DNA of 64,000 nt, from NCBI GenBank assembly GCA_048938385.1, contig JBHLMG010000002.1, positions 1 through 64,000 on the forward strand, read 5' to 3'. Made by a program: the position numbers and the translations under genes. Below, piece after piece: positions 8,806-18,857 of the stretch. The first letter of the stretch is position 1, and each line of letters opens with the position of its first letter. Below the pieces are notes generated by a model. The model was not told the DNA's origin. It saw only the letters and a list, made by a program, of their open reading frames with translations, and did not search any database. Origin of the DNA: Promethearchaeota archaeon. GTDB taxonomy: Archaea; Asgardarchaeota; Hermodarchaeia; Hermodarchaeales; Hermodarchaeaceae.

Positions 8806-10695
8806 ATGACAAATCATACATCCAAACCTAAATCCAGCCTGCAAGTTAGCTCCGAAACAGAGAGCGTAATCCGACGTGGTGAAGTTGCTGAGTTCTTCCG
8901 AAAACGAACACAACTTGTAGGGTTTTCCATGGAACTCCACAAGTTCACCCAATACTGTGCAGAATTCAGTGATAACTCTCTCGATGCACTAGAGGCGTAC
9001 TACTGGAAACAGGAAGCTAAATCCAATAAACAAAGAGCTGGACCTATACTGTTACCCGAACCTCCTCAAGCGTTAGGTTATGGAGTTATCCCTCCCCCCC
9101 TGAACACCTTAAAACGCTCAATGTCAGCCACAACTATTTCAGAACGCATCAAAACTTTAGTTGCCCCGGTTCGAGAAATACTCAACCACGAACCCATTCT
9201 TATTATGATACTCCAAGAATTAGAAAAACCCGAAATTCTCCCCTCAGAAATCGCTGGTCGAAATCTGCTCATGTATAGTTTTGAAACCATCGATACAGGT
9301 ATTGGAATGACTCAAAAAGATTTACAGCAGTATGGACTCTACCTTGCCAGTAGTAAAAGCCTCCAGCTTCGCCAAACTCGGGGAAGCCAAGGTTTTGGAG
9401 CTTCCAGTGCTTTTAGTGACGCCCAAAATACCACGGGTCGTCCTGTAGTCGTAGCTAGTCGTCACCCTGTAGAAAGGCAAGGGCATGCCTCTATCTTTTT
9501 TACAACAAGCAAGAACAAGAAAGATTACATCTTGAAAGAAACTCCTATCTCGATGTCTTTCAACCACGGAACATATCTTCGGCTTACCTTCCTTAACCTG
9601 CCTTACCGTCGGGCATACGCAGATGAATATGTTCGTCAGACCTCTTATTTGAACGCTCATATCAACATCATCTTCATTGATCCTTATGGAGAAATCCATC
9701 TTTACCCACGACGCGTGCAAGAGTTCGTCAAAGAACCAAGTTATGCCTTACCTCATCCCGCCTCAACAAGTATTGGAGACTTTCAAGATCTAATTCGTAA
9801 TACCACCCAGTCAAACCTCATCAGTCTGTTATCGAGGAATTACTGTCGATTAAGCGTTCGAAAAGCGCGTCAAATCATTTCCAAGGCTGCAAAGCGCTTG
9901 AGCAAGGAGTCTCTAATCCCAACTCAGTCTCCGAAAAGCCTCTCTCAAAAACAGGTGAAGGCGTTGTATTCAAGTTTCATCGCTGAAAAATACTACGCGC
10001 CACCCACTGAAACAGTGGTACCAGTTGGGGAAACTATCATTCGAAAAACCCTGAAAGAAGTGTTTAACGCAGAATTTGTCGAAGCCGTAAGCCGTCCACC
10101 CACTAGCAGTAAAGGTCTTGCCTTTGCTGTGGAAGTTGCTGCAGTCTATGATCCCACTCTCCCTAACCAGTCAGGTGTAGGTGTCCTTTATCGTTTCGTT
10201 AACCGCACTCCAAAACTGCGGGATAACTCTGATTGTGCTATCTGGAAAGCTGCTGCTTCAGTTAACTGGCGTAATTATCGGATGGAGGTAGCAAGTAACG
10301 GGTTACCTACAGGTTCCGTTCGACTCGTCGCCAATGTGGTAGGACCATTTGTTCACCTCATCTTCAAAGCGCAATCCAAACAAGCCTTGGCTGAAGACGA
10401 TATTCTTCTAAGGGAACTAAAACTTGCCTTTGAAGAAGTCGGACGAAAACTCCGCCGCCACATTGTGCGAGTGATCACCCGACGCGAACAGGAACGCCGT
10501 GCTGATGTCCTGCTCAAGTACTCGCGTCAGGTAGCCCGCTCCCTAGTAGCGATTCAAAAAACAGATTCTCAGATGTCTAAAGCTCAGCTGGAAGCACTTC
10601 CCCAACAACTCGAAGAAGTAATCACCAAGATTGCAGGCATTGAGCCGTCCATTCGAACTAACCTCGAAGAGACCAAAGAGGTGGCTATTGAATGA
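8806..10695 (+). CDS. top6B: DNA topoisomerase VI subunit B (insertion in the GHKL domain)
   Basis: EFFRK..LVGF, EFSDNSLDA (N box), DTGIG, RQTRGSQGFG, LPHP, YRFVNRTP, NWRNY, SKQA. Overlaps top6A (ATGA). Confidence 0.93.
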   Translation: MTNHTSKPKSSLQVSSETESVIRRGEVAEFFRKRTQLVGFSMELHKFTQYCAEFSDNSLDALEAYYWKQEAKSNKQRAGPILLPEPPQALGYGVIPPPLNTLKRSMSATTISERIKTLVAPVREILNHEPILIMILQELEKPEILPSEIAGRNLLMYSFETIDTGIGMTQKDLQQYGLYLASSKSLQLRQTRGSQGFGASSAFSDAQNTTGRPVVVASRHPVERQGHASIFFTTSKNKKDYILKETPISMSFNHGTYLRLTFLNLPYRRAYADEYVRQTSYLNAHINIIFIDPYGEIHLYPRRVQEFVKEPSYALPHPASTSIGDFQDLIRNTTQSNLISLLSRNYCRLSVRKARQIISKAAKRLSKESLIPTQSPKSLSQKQVKALYSSFIAEKYYAPPTETVVPVGETIIRKTLKEVFNAEFVEAVSRPPTSSKGLAFAVEVAAVYDPTLPNQSGVGVLYRFVNRTPKLRDNSDCAIWKAAASVNWRNYRMEVASNGLPTGSVRLVANVVGPFVHLIFKAQSKQALAEDDILLRELKLAFEEVGRKLRRHIVRVITRREQERRADVLLKYSRQVARSLVAIQKTDSQMSKAQLEALPQQLEEVITKIAGIEPSIRTNLEETKEVAIE

Positions 10696-11921
10696 CGACA
10701 CATCCACGCACTCGCGCAATTAATAGTAGTTTAGCTAAACACCTTGGCAAAACCAGCGTTCCTACTGACGGATCTTTTTCAGCAGTCCAAAAACTGCGAT
10801 CACTCCTTCAGGAAACACAAACCAGCTCGCAATTGCCAAAGGGAGTGCGCATTGTTACCGAAAAGGAGGTTAATCTGCTCCATAAGGAGATCCATGACCT
10901 CATGCGCAAATTGATCAAGGAAATTTCGAAGGGAAATCCCCCCTCTCTCGAGTTACCACTAAGGGGTGGAGGGAACATCGTGTGGGACGAAGAAAATGAT
11001 CTGCTTTTACTCGGTGAGAAGACGACGATTCGGTCCCTTGGAAGTCTTCGCACCGCTAGAGATGTCACCCGGCTTATTCGTGTATTGGAAATTGTGCATG
11101 AATTGTTAGAGAAAGATATCCATGCAACAAAACGAGAAGTCTTCTATAACGATGTTAAACTCTTTGAAGATCAACGTCAAAGTGACAATGCCATCGATGA
11201 TATCGCCCCATTACTTGGTACAAATCGCGAATCTACCCATGTCGTCGCTAGCGCCAAGGGAACCGTCTTAGGACGCCTTACACTCGAGGATAGTGGGGAT
11301 CGAATTGATTGTACGCGCCTAGGCACTGGTGGTTGGTCTATTACTCCCTTTTTGGATCGGGTTGAAATTGTTGAATCCGATGCAGAGTTCATCCTCATCG
11401 TTGAGAAGGATGCTGCTATGCTTCGGCTCAGTGAGGCAAAATGGTGGAACCGTTTTCCTTGCATTCTGTTGACGGCTCGTGGCTCACCCGACATTGCCAG
11501 CCGTATTTTCACTCGGCGATTAGCCAAGGAACTCAATATCCCCGCCTTCACCCTTGTTGATGCTGATCCCTTTGGACACTATATTCATAGTGTCTACCTC
11601 CGAGGGAGTAAACGACTGAGCTATGAAAGTCCCTTTCTTGCTACTCCTGAACTCAAACTTTTAGGCGTTTTAGGGCGAGACTTAGATCAATACAATATCC
11701 CCAAAGAATGCCGACTCAAAATGACGCCTGAAGATGTCAAACGAGCCAAAGCTATACTCGAAGAACCCTTTGTGGCGCAAAATCCCAAATGGGTTGCTGA
11801 TATTAAATTAATGATGAAACGCAAAGAGAAGGCTGAGATACAAGCCCTAAGCAGCCACGGCTTTGAGTTCTTAGTTGAAACCTATCTGCCTACAAAACTT
11901 GAAACAGGCGATTGGATCTAA
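10692..11921 (+). CDS. top6A: DNA topoisomerase VI subunit A (Spo11 family)
   Basis: TKREVFY (catalytic Tyr), IVEKDA, TARGSPD, DADPFG, KAEIQAL. Confidence 0.97.
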   Translation: MTTHPRTRAINSSLAKHLGKTSVPTDGSFSAVQKLRSLLQETQTSSQLPKGVRIVTEKEVNLLHKEIHDLMRKLIKEISKGNPPSLELPLRGGGNIVWDEENDLLLLGEKTTIRSLGSLRTARDVTRLIRVLEIVHELLEKDIHATKREVFYNDVKLFEDQRQSDNAIDDIAPLLGTNRESTHVVASAKGTVLGRLTLEDSGDRIDCTRLGTGGWSITPFLDRVEIVESDAEFILIVEKDAAMLRLSEAKWWNRFPCILLTARGSPDIASRIFTRRLAKELNIPAFTLVDADPFGHYIHSVYLRGSKRLSYESPFLATPELKLLGVLGRDLDQYNIPKECRLKMTPEDVKRAKAILEEPFVAQNPKWVADIKLMMKRKEKAEIQALSSHGFEFLVETYLPTKLETGDWI

Positions 11922-13963
11922 TTCGTGTTCAAATGAAAGAGATCTTCTAACAAAGCTGCCGGACAGGTCCATTCCTGTTCCATTGTTTGAAATAGCGCAT
12001 GAGGAATGCCATGGATTTGAGGAAGTAAGGATGAAATTATTGTAGGGCTGGAGACGGTGGTTCCATAATGGGCTGCAATCAGTGGTAGTGTTTTGATAAA
12101 CGGGACCAGTCCCCCCTTTGGAAATCCTGCTGTGAGGAGAAGAGCAGGTTCTGCTGAAGTTAATTGTGACTTGAGTGAGGAGAGATGCCATATTTGGTAG
12201 ATTGGAAGTAAGCGAAGGCTGCTCAGTAATTGTTTATCGAAATGCTGCTCTTGGGGTTGGATATCAGTGATCATCGTTTCCTGTAGCGGCGTATTTGATA
12301 ACCCTAAGTAAGGTTTGATGATTGTTGGAGTGAGCTGCGTGATGTAATTGCTTGCAGTGGTTACTGAGGTTTGGGCTTTTTCAGCCACTTGGCGTTGGTT
12401 TAGCCGCATGTTATTTTGAAGGGTGACAATGACACGAAGCGCTTCGCGTCGTAGTTTCAATGGAGGGCCTTCATATTCCAGTTGGATATTCACCATATCT
12501 GGGCTTTTCTTTCGGCGGAGTGTGCTTCTAGCAAGGATTGACCAATCATCAAGAGGAAATTTGTTCCAGTAACGAAAGGACCATCCCCATTCAAAAGCAG
12601 TGATTTGCCTGAGAATTGCAGTAGTCTTCGTTTTCTGGGTCCATTTCTGTAAGTAGTCCCAGAACCCTGTAATTGTCTTCTCTGGAAGGATGAGGATTGC
12701 ATACAATGTTGGATTGGTGAGGGTCAATGGAGTTTGGATACGGACACAATACGGGAACATCAAGAGGCGTTGTCCCAGTTGTTGAAGAAGCTCTACAGAT
12801 TGGTCTAAGGGTTCAGGCGCATTAAGGCGAAGGAGCAGAGGTGTAAGGTTGACTTTTCGGTAGTTGAGTTCTCCTTGGAAGAAAAGACCAAATCGATTCT
12901 CTAATCTAGTTAGGTTTCGTTTAATAGTACTCCGGGCTAGCTTAGTCTCTTTTACTAGCTGCCGTTCACTGAACCTTGGATTCTTCGCCAGCGCTACCAA
13001 GATTTTCCGTTGGGCATTGGCTACGGTTTGAGGAATTTTGATATCTGCGAGTTCCTGTTGAACGACTAAGACAAAAGCACCTTTGGGGATGTCCGTCACC
13101 TCTTGATCAAGTGCATGTAATCGATGGAAGAGGCTGGGGAGCCGTTTCTGTTGGAGTAGCTGTGGGACAAAAGGAGCAATAGAAGCAATCCAGTTTAACT
13201 GCTCTGAGGCTAGGCGTATCCCCCCCCATTTTATTTGTGTCCACAATTGACGCTGAGGTTCATTTAGGAGCGTGGCCACGATTTGATTAGCGAATTCCTG
13301 AATATCGGGTGCAGTATGGAATCCGGCGGGAAGAACCAAACGCACAGCTTCACGTAGCAGTAATCCCTTCGCTAAAGAAGGAACAAAGAGAAAGGGTGGA
13401 TGAATGTTAACCACATTTTCACTTGGATAATACTTCACGGACCACCAATCTTGTTCGGTGGTAAAAAAGGAATATATCTTAGGGGAGATGAGAGTTCCTT
13501 GACGGATTCCAAACAATTTTTGGATTTGGTTGATACCCTGTCTGAAAATACTGGGTAGTGTGGCAAGGTGTTGTGCCCAGAGCGGCGTTGGATCAAAGTG
13601 GTCCTTTGCTAGTTTAGCGACGATGGAATTGAGCTGCCTAGGAATGTTTCTGGTAATTAGCGTGTCTGGATGGCGAAAGAAATCCAATGTCTGTAGGAGG
13701 GAGAGGAGAAGGGGTGGATCAGGATTGAGCTGTTGAATGGCGTGGGCTAGTAGACAGGCTCCAAATCGCGCGCTAGCTCTTCGCCAACCCAGGGCGTCTG
13801 GCGCTTCGAGAGGGCGTCTCAGAAGTTCTTCAAGAAATCGTGGATTTCCTTGAAAGGTTTCTGGTGCTACTGCAGAAACCCAAAGCATCGTTTGGCTAGG
13901 CTGTATCGCATGCTCCATCCAGGGAAATAAGATGTCTTCGGCGGTTGGCGACGAATTCGTCAT
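11918..13963 (-). CDS. Large protein with two winged-helix/Lrp-AsnC-like modules (putative transcription regulator)
   Basis: Two wHTH signatures, NPRFSERQLVKETKLARSTIKRNLTRLE and NMRLNQRQVAEKAQTSVTTASNYITQL, each followed by an alpha/beta segment. The ~310-aa N-terminal region is unassigned. Confidence 0.65.
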   Translation of the reverse strand: MTNSSPTAEDILFPWMEHAIQPSQTMLWVSAVAPETFQGNPRFLEELLRRPLEAPDALGWRRASARFGACLLAHAIQQLNPDPPLLLSLLQTLDFFRHPDTLITRNIPRQLNSIVAKLAKDHFDPTPLWAQHLATLPSIFRQGINQIQKLFGIRQGTLISPKIYSFFTTEQDWWSVKYYPSENVVNIHPPFLFVPSLAKGLLLREAVRLVLPAGFHTAPDIQEFANQIVATLLNEPQRQLWTQIKWGGIRLASEQLNWIASIAPFVPQLLQQKRLPSLFHRLHALDQEVTDIPKGAFVLVVQQELADIKIPQTVANAQRKILVALAKNPRFSERQLVKETKLARSTIKRNLTRLENRFGLFFQGELNYRKVNLTPLLLRLNAPEPLDQSVELLQQLGQRLLMFPYCVRIQTPLTLTNPTLYAILILPEKTITGFWDYLQKWTQKTKTTAILRQITAFEWGWSFRYWNKFPLDDWSILARSTLRRKKSPDMVNIQLEYEGPPLKLRREALRVIVTLQNNMRLNQRQVAEKAQTSVTTASNYITQLTPTIIKPYLGLSNTPLQETMITDIQPQEQHFDKQLLSSLRLLPIYQIWHLSSLKSQLTSAEPALLLTAGFPKGGLVPFIKTLPLIAAHYGTTVSSPTIISSLLPQIHGIPHALFQTMEQEWTCPAALLEDLFHLNTN

Positions 13964-14041
13964 TGACTAATCCTGCATTGATGGTAGGTAAAAAGGGAGA
14001 GGGTTGGGGCTATAGGTATCAGCCCCAGGAAGAATTTTAGA

Positions 14042-14812
14042 TTAATCGAGATCGACTTCAATGCGGCGCAAGAGATAGAGTAGCTTGTGCTCAATGGAAT
14101 TGATTTTGGGGACGGTGGTTAGGACGATGGCTGTTTTGCGTCCAGGCACAGTGAAGGTTAGTTGTCCTGATCGGAGGATTAAGAACTCAAAGATGTCATT
14201 GATCTCTTTGTGGAACATGACATTAGATGTTCCGTATCGTTCCACATCGCCTAAAATGCCTTTCTTGTAAATAATCTCGTTGGGATTGACCTTGAAGTAA
14301 TAGACTTGGGCTCGAATCCAGGCGATGAAGATCGCTATTAAAAAGATGATGAAGAACGCCACTTGGACATTTAGGTTCATGGAGAGACCAAGAATAGCTG
14401 GGTTAATCCAAGGAACGGTGCCAGAAACGATGTAAATGAGAACTGTGCCTAATATTGCTATGATGATCAAAGAGATGATGGCTATGACGACATTTTTTCC
14501 GAAGTCAAAAGTGACTAACAGGAGGTTGAAGAAAAAGATGATTAGCCACACAAAAGTTACTGTATTAACGATTTGCTGATAAAAAGTTGGATTAACAACG
14601 GCGTAAAGAATTCCTGTGATATACAGGAAGACAGCAACGAAGAGGGAAATGATGGCCATCGGATAGAAAAGAACGATTTTAGAATAGCTGCGGATGATAA
14701 CTTCGTTAATTTCCTCAGTGGGTTCCACTGGCTTGGCGGGGAGAGGGGGTTTAGGAGTGGGTTCAGGAGTAATCGGTAATTGTGTTGGTTCCTCAGTCAT
14801 TTTATGAGTCAC
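14042..14812 (-). CDS. Membrane protein with 4 TM helices and a C-terminal beta-rich (bPH-like) domain
   Basis: Pro-rich N-terminus, four hydrophobic helices, then YFKVNPNEIIYKKGILG..GQLTF. Confidence 0.6.
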   Translation of the reverse strand: MTHKMTEEPTQLPITPEPTPKPPLPAKPVEPTEEINEVIIRSYSKIVLFYPMAIISLFVAVFLYITGILYAVVNPTFYQQIVNTVTFVWLIIFFFNLLLVTFDFGKNVVIAIISLIIIAILGTVLIYIVSGTVPWINPAILGLSMNLNVQVAFFIIFLIAIFIAWIRAQVYYFKVNPNEIIYKKGILGDVERYGTSNVMFHKEINDIFEFLILRSGQLTFTVPGRKTAIVLTTVPKINSIEHKLLYLLRRIEVDLD

Positions 14813-14862
14813 CTAAGTCAGTGATACTATTTGCCTTCAATCTTTGGGCAACTACTTAACCT

Positions 14863-15420
14863 TTACTCAGGCGCTCTATTCTTATACGGGTTAAGAATTG
14901 GTTCAATGACCCCAAGCTGGAGCAACAACGCCAAACTCGCCCATATTCCTGCTTGAACAGCATCGATACTCGCTGTAATAACGGCAAATGCTGGCAGGAT
15001 TCCAGCAATGAAGACTTCAATAGAAAAGGTTGGAAGAAAGCCACCAAGTACCACTGCTAACAGCATGCAAAGTGCAATCCAAAGTGATTTTGGGATTTTA
15101 TGTCGATAAAACGAAGGGATGCCTGTACTCAACCCTAAGGCGATGTTACCAAGGATAGGAATTAAGAACGGTTCCCAGAGAGCACCACTCATCCCGACAA
15201 AGACTCCACAAAGAACCCCTCCTAGAGGTCCGAGTAACAATCCTGTTAGAATAGGCACTAAAAATCCAGGCGTAAGATTTACATAAGGAGTAAAGGTGGG
15301 AATGACAAGTTGGCGTAATGCAATACCCAGCGCTGAAAACAGGGCTAGAATAGCGAGCCAAAGTGAGAAGGGAAGCGATCCAGAGTGTACTGGTTGGAGA
15401 GTGATGCGTGAGGAAGGAAT
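14863..15420 (-). CDS. ECF transporter S component (frame extended upstream; possible ATT start)
   Basis: The track ORF (131 aa, GLLLGPLGG motif) has no stop upstream until 15433-15435, and the extension reads as the missing first helix and loop (LAILALFSALGIALRQLVIPTFTPYVNLTPG). ATT at 15420 follows a G-rich SD-like run. Confidence 0.7.
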   Translation of the reverse strand: MPSSRITLQPVHSGSLPFSLWLAILALFSALGIALRQLVIPTFTPYVNLTPGFLVPILTGLLLGPLGGVLCGVFVGMSGALWEPFLIPILGNIALGLSTGIPSFYRHKIPKSLWIALCMLLAVVLGGFLPTFSIEVFIAGILPAFAVITASIDAVQAGIWASLALLLQLGVIEPILNPYKNRAPE

Positions 15421-15439
15421 GGAGGTTTCCCCCTATTAC

Positions 15440-16156
15440 CTAGGTATCTTTGAGAATGATTTCTTTATCTGATTCAAAAAGCTTCAAAGCAGTCTCGACA
15501 ACCTTTGAAAAGTTGTCTGTTGGAAATGGATCTTGTTCTTCGTCGCACAACTGCAATTCAAGGGTTGTTTCACCCACATATAAAAACGCGCTATAATAAC
15601 CCCAAGCCGTCACTAGAACGAAACTTAATGACGGTTCTTGGAGGTGAAGATTACCATCGCGGTAAGTGACGAAAAATTCGTTACCTTCTAATCCCCGACC
15701 ACCGTGTTCTCGAACAGCTGCATCCAGTGCTGTTAGGAAACGAGTCACATCCTGAAGTGAGTAACGAAGACCATAGTTCATGGTCCAGTTATACACCTCT
15801 GCAGTTGTGGTTTCAGTTTCAATAGATTCTCCTTCGAATTTAAATTTCACACGTTTCTTCACGGGTCCGATGGTTGCCTCAGTCTTCGCTTTGAGCTGAT
15901 TCGTAACTTCTTCGAGGAGAGGCACTTGAGCTGCAACTACGGGGAGGTCGATATACCCCCAGAGGGCTTTTCCTGAAGATACATATACATTAAGGGTGAG
16001 GGGGTCAGACTCTTCCCCAGCATTAATTCGTAGCTCCACCATTTCGCCCATAGGGTGCATACGCACTTCCCATTTGTCGCTCAAGGCTTGATGTAAATTG
16101 GCGAGGAGTTTACCTGTCTTCCAAACAAAGAGTGGGCACTGGTATTTGTTCATCAC
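15440..16156 (-). CDS. Hypothetical protein
   Basis: 238-aa ORF with protein-like composition; no motif recognised. Confidence 0.7.
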   Translation of the reverse strand: MMNKYQCPLFVWKTGKLLANLHQALSDKWEVRMHPMGEMVELRINAGEESDPLTLNVYVSSGKALWGYIDLPVVAAQVPLLEEVTNQLKAKTEATIGPVKKRVKFKFEGESIETETTTAEVYNWTMNYGLRYSLQDVTRFLTALDAAVREHGGRGLEGNEFFVTYRDGNLHLQEPSLSFVLVTAWGYYSAFLYVGETTLELQLCDEEQDPFPTDNFSKVVETALKLFESDKEIILKDT

Positions 16157-16243
16157 TTTGAGTCGCCTTTAATTCTTGGTGCTTTGTCACCCGTTCAAAT
16201 ATGTTTCGAAATCACAGACAATACAAAACCACAAGATCATGGG

Positions 16244-16864
16244 CTAAGTGCTTTGGGAATGTTGTGCCAGTAAATCTTCGTTAGTTTTCTTGAAGCGTTT
16301 GACTAACTCAGCTATGACTCCATCAAGGAAGACTGCTGATGCAATTTCGAATTGGGTACCTTCAGGAGTTAGACTAGCTTCTTCTCCTTTCTCTCGTCGA
16401 GCAATATCGATTTTAGTACGCCCCATCAACTTTACTACTAAATCACTCATCCGGCCAATCCAGCTTTCAGGATAACTGGTTATGGAGATTATTTGGGGGT
16501 TTTGATCAAGGTAGTTTTCGATAATTGCTTTGACGATGGTAGTACGGCCACTACCAGAGATTACGAGAAGTAGATCGCCTTTGTGAAGATGTGGAACAGA
16601 TCGACTATTCGTAATGAAGTAGACAGGGACATTGAGATGTTCAAGACGTGTTTGAAACATTTGTCCTACCATTGCCGATCGTCCACTTCCAACAACAAAA
16701 ATACAATGTCCGTCGCGCGCTGTCTTTTCGATGATGTCAACGAACTTCGTAACAGTTGAAGCTTCGGTTCTGAGGAATTCGATGTTTTTTTGGATATTGT
16801 CGGTGATTAACTGCATCGCCCGAAGAAATGTTCCATCCTTATTGGCTCCCGCTGTGGATTTCAA
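16244..16864 (-). CDS. hxlB: SIS-domain sugar isomerase, 6-phospho-3-hexuloisomerase-like
   Basis: FVVGSGRS, GDLLLVISGSGRT, PEGTQFE and a C-terminal QH. SD-like AGGTGA before the TTG start. Confidence 0.85.
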   Translation of the reverse strand: MKSTAGANKDGTFLRAMQLITDNIQKNIEFLRTEASTVTKFVDIIEKTARDGHCIFVVGSGRSAMVGQMFQTRLEHLNVPVYFITNSRSVPHLHKGDLLLVISGSGRTTIVKAIIENYLDQNPQIISITSYPESWIGRMSDLVVKLMGRTKIDIARREKGEEASLTPEGTQFEIASAVFLDGVIAELVKRFKKTNEDLLAQHSQST

Positions 16865-16991
16865 TGGGACATTTCACCTACTGCCCCAAAAGAGGTTCTC
16901 CTTTAAAACTATGTTCTTTCTTGGTATTTTGATGAAATGGACTTCTAAAAAGAGTCTTAAGCGGTGAAGTTCAGGGAACCCAAAGGATCAA

Positions 16992-17624
16992 GTGATTATG
17001 ACCCACATCTCCTCCCCTGCGGAACCAACGCAGATGGATAAAAAATTGATGAGTTGCCTTCAAGCCCATGTTTTCTCACAAATGGATGGTGGGAGTCTTA
17101 CAGTAATTGTACATGCTGGTAACAACGACTATATTCGATTTGTACATTCTCTGATTAGTCGGTTTCTTAAGGCGCGTCAATGTGTTATTGTCTTCGATTA
17201 TCATCGACGAATCAAACTGCTCTATTTACGACATTTGCTTCAAACAGGCACTTCTGATATAACCCCATCAGAAAATCGCCTTTTTCTACGAGTAATCCTT
17301 GATGAAACCCATGCTCTTGATGAGCTGATCCGCTTGCAACGACGCACCCTTTCAACTAAGCGACCTTCGATTCTTATTATGGTTGATCCTTCCGGATTAT
17401 TTGGTCGCCAACGAGGAGGAGTGAAGCAATCCGCTCAAGCACTCGAACTCCAGTATGAGGCTGCAAAATCTTTTGCACAGAAAGGGTATGCGGTTTTAGT
17501 GACTGATTTTGGAGGTCGACAATTCCATCGCATCGAATCTATTGTGCCTTCACAATTAGCATATTCAGCCAATCTCGTTCTCCAGTTTCTTCCTCGAAAA
17601 ATTATACTCTCTAATTTTCAGTAG
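16992..17624 (+). CDS. Degenerate RecA/RadB-fold protein lacking Walker A
   Basis: GGSLTVIVHAGNNDY sits at the P-loop position, followed by VIVFD, LFLRVI, ILIMVDPSGLF (Walker B-like) and YAVLVTD. The strand order matches the RecA core. Confidence 0.55.
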   Translation: MIMTHISSPAEPTQMDKKLMSCLQAHVFSQMDGGSLTVIVHAGNNDYIRFVHSLISRFLKARQCVIVFDYHRRIKLLYLRHLLQTGTSDITPSENRLFLRVILDETHALDELIRLQRRTLSTKRPSILIMVDPSGLFGRQRGGVKQSAQALELQYEAAKSFAQKGYAVLVTDFGGRQFHRIESIVPSQLAYSANLVLQFLPRKIILSNFQ

Positions 17625-18684
17625 CGTTGTTTTTTGATTTAATTGACGGTTGAACCGACAAGGAAGATATCGCTGCACTACCACAATTTGTGCAAAAAGC
17701 TGAATCAGGTCGAAGGGGTGTTCCGCATTTTTGACAAACTGAAATGTCTCGCTCCAAAGGAATAACTTGCCGGGTTCTTGCGCGTTGGCGTTCTAAGGCT
17801 CGCATAAACTGTCTTTGCTGGTGTTCAACCATCACTCCACGAGCTCCAGAATAAAAAGCTACAGACAAAAGAGGGATGAGAGGAGCGACCATTGCAACTG
17901 GAATTTGTGTAAGAACTATGAGTAATACGGGACCAACTAATTCCAACGAGATGCCTAAAGCCTGAAAGATGTACTCAAGGGTTAAATACACATGGACGCC
18001 GAGAGTATGAGCGAACACCATAAAGATGGCTCCGAGAAGTATCGCACCGAAGATTCTTTGCCAATGTTGACGCCGCATTTCAAGACTCTGGCTGATTGCG
18101 CTCCTTACAGATTTTCCCGCAATGATTAAGTTAGCTGGAACGAAGAAGAAAAATAACAACACAAAGGGAGTAGCTACTACTAGGAGATCCGCTATAGCTA
18201 ACAAAGTAGCAGTGACAAGGCCTGTGGCTACTATAGAAGTGGTAGGAAAATGGGGTGCAGAGTAAACCTTTGCTATTCCCTTAAGTTGTGGTTCTTTTTG
18301 AAACACTTGATGAATCGTTACCACATTCAAGATGAAAACTGCAAAGAAAGTAATGAATGTCTGCACAAAACTCAATATCGTATTTAATCTCATTAGATCA
18401 AGAAGGAGAGTAAAATTAGGAGGGAAGGCTAGTAGCTCTTGAATTGCTAGTTCGTTTATTACCTCTAGGGTGGTATTAACAGGAATTAATATGAGCGCTA
18501 ACAAAGTTCCACCGATGAAGAATACCAAGACGAGCCATCGAAACTCCATTTGGAGTAAAGTAATGCTCTGTTTCAGCGCCTCACCAAACGACACATCTGC
18601 AAGCCATTTACTTTTTTGTTCTGACAGGTCCTGTGTATAAACACTTGCTGAATGAGGTGCTGATCGAGGCTTCAAAACTGACAT
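17611..18684 (-). CDS. Multi-TM membrane protein with a C-terminal zinc ribbon
   Basis: About 6 TM helices and CQKCG...FCTNCG. Confidence 0.75.
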   Translation of the reverse strand: MSVLKPRSAPHSASVYTQDLSEQKSKWLADVSFGEALKQSITLLQMEFRWLVLVFFIGGTLLALILIPVNTTLEVINELAIQELLAFPPNFTLLLDLMRLNTILSFVQTFITFFAVFILNVVTIHQVFQKEPQLKGIAKVYSAPHFPTTSIVATGLVTATLLAIADLLVVATPFVLLFFFFVPANLIIAGKSVRSAISQSLEMRRQHWQRIFGAILLGAIFMVFAHTLGVHVYLTLEYIFQALGISLELVGPVLLIVLTQIPVAMVAPLIPLLSVAFYSGARGVMVEHQQRQFMRALERQRARTRQVIPLERDISVCQKCGTPLRPDSAFCTNCGSAAISSLSVQPSIKSKNNATEN

Positions 18685-18857
18685 TGAAACTCCTCTTAGG
18701 GTACCACTAGCGATACTTGTGAAAGGAAGGGTATCTTAAAGATGCTGGTTGCAACAGCTAGCGTCTCTTCGATACAGTAAACCATCTTCGACTCCTATCT
18801 GGGGGTTGCTCTGGCTACAGAAACTTTTCGGGTTCTCTCATAGTCTGTTCCAGCGTA

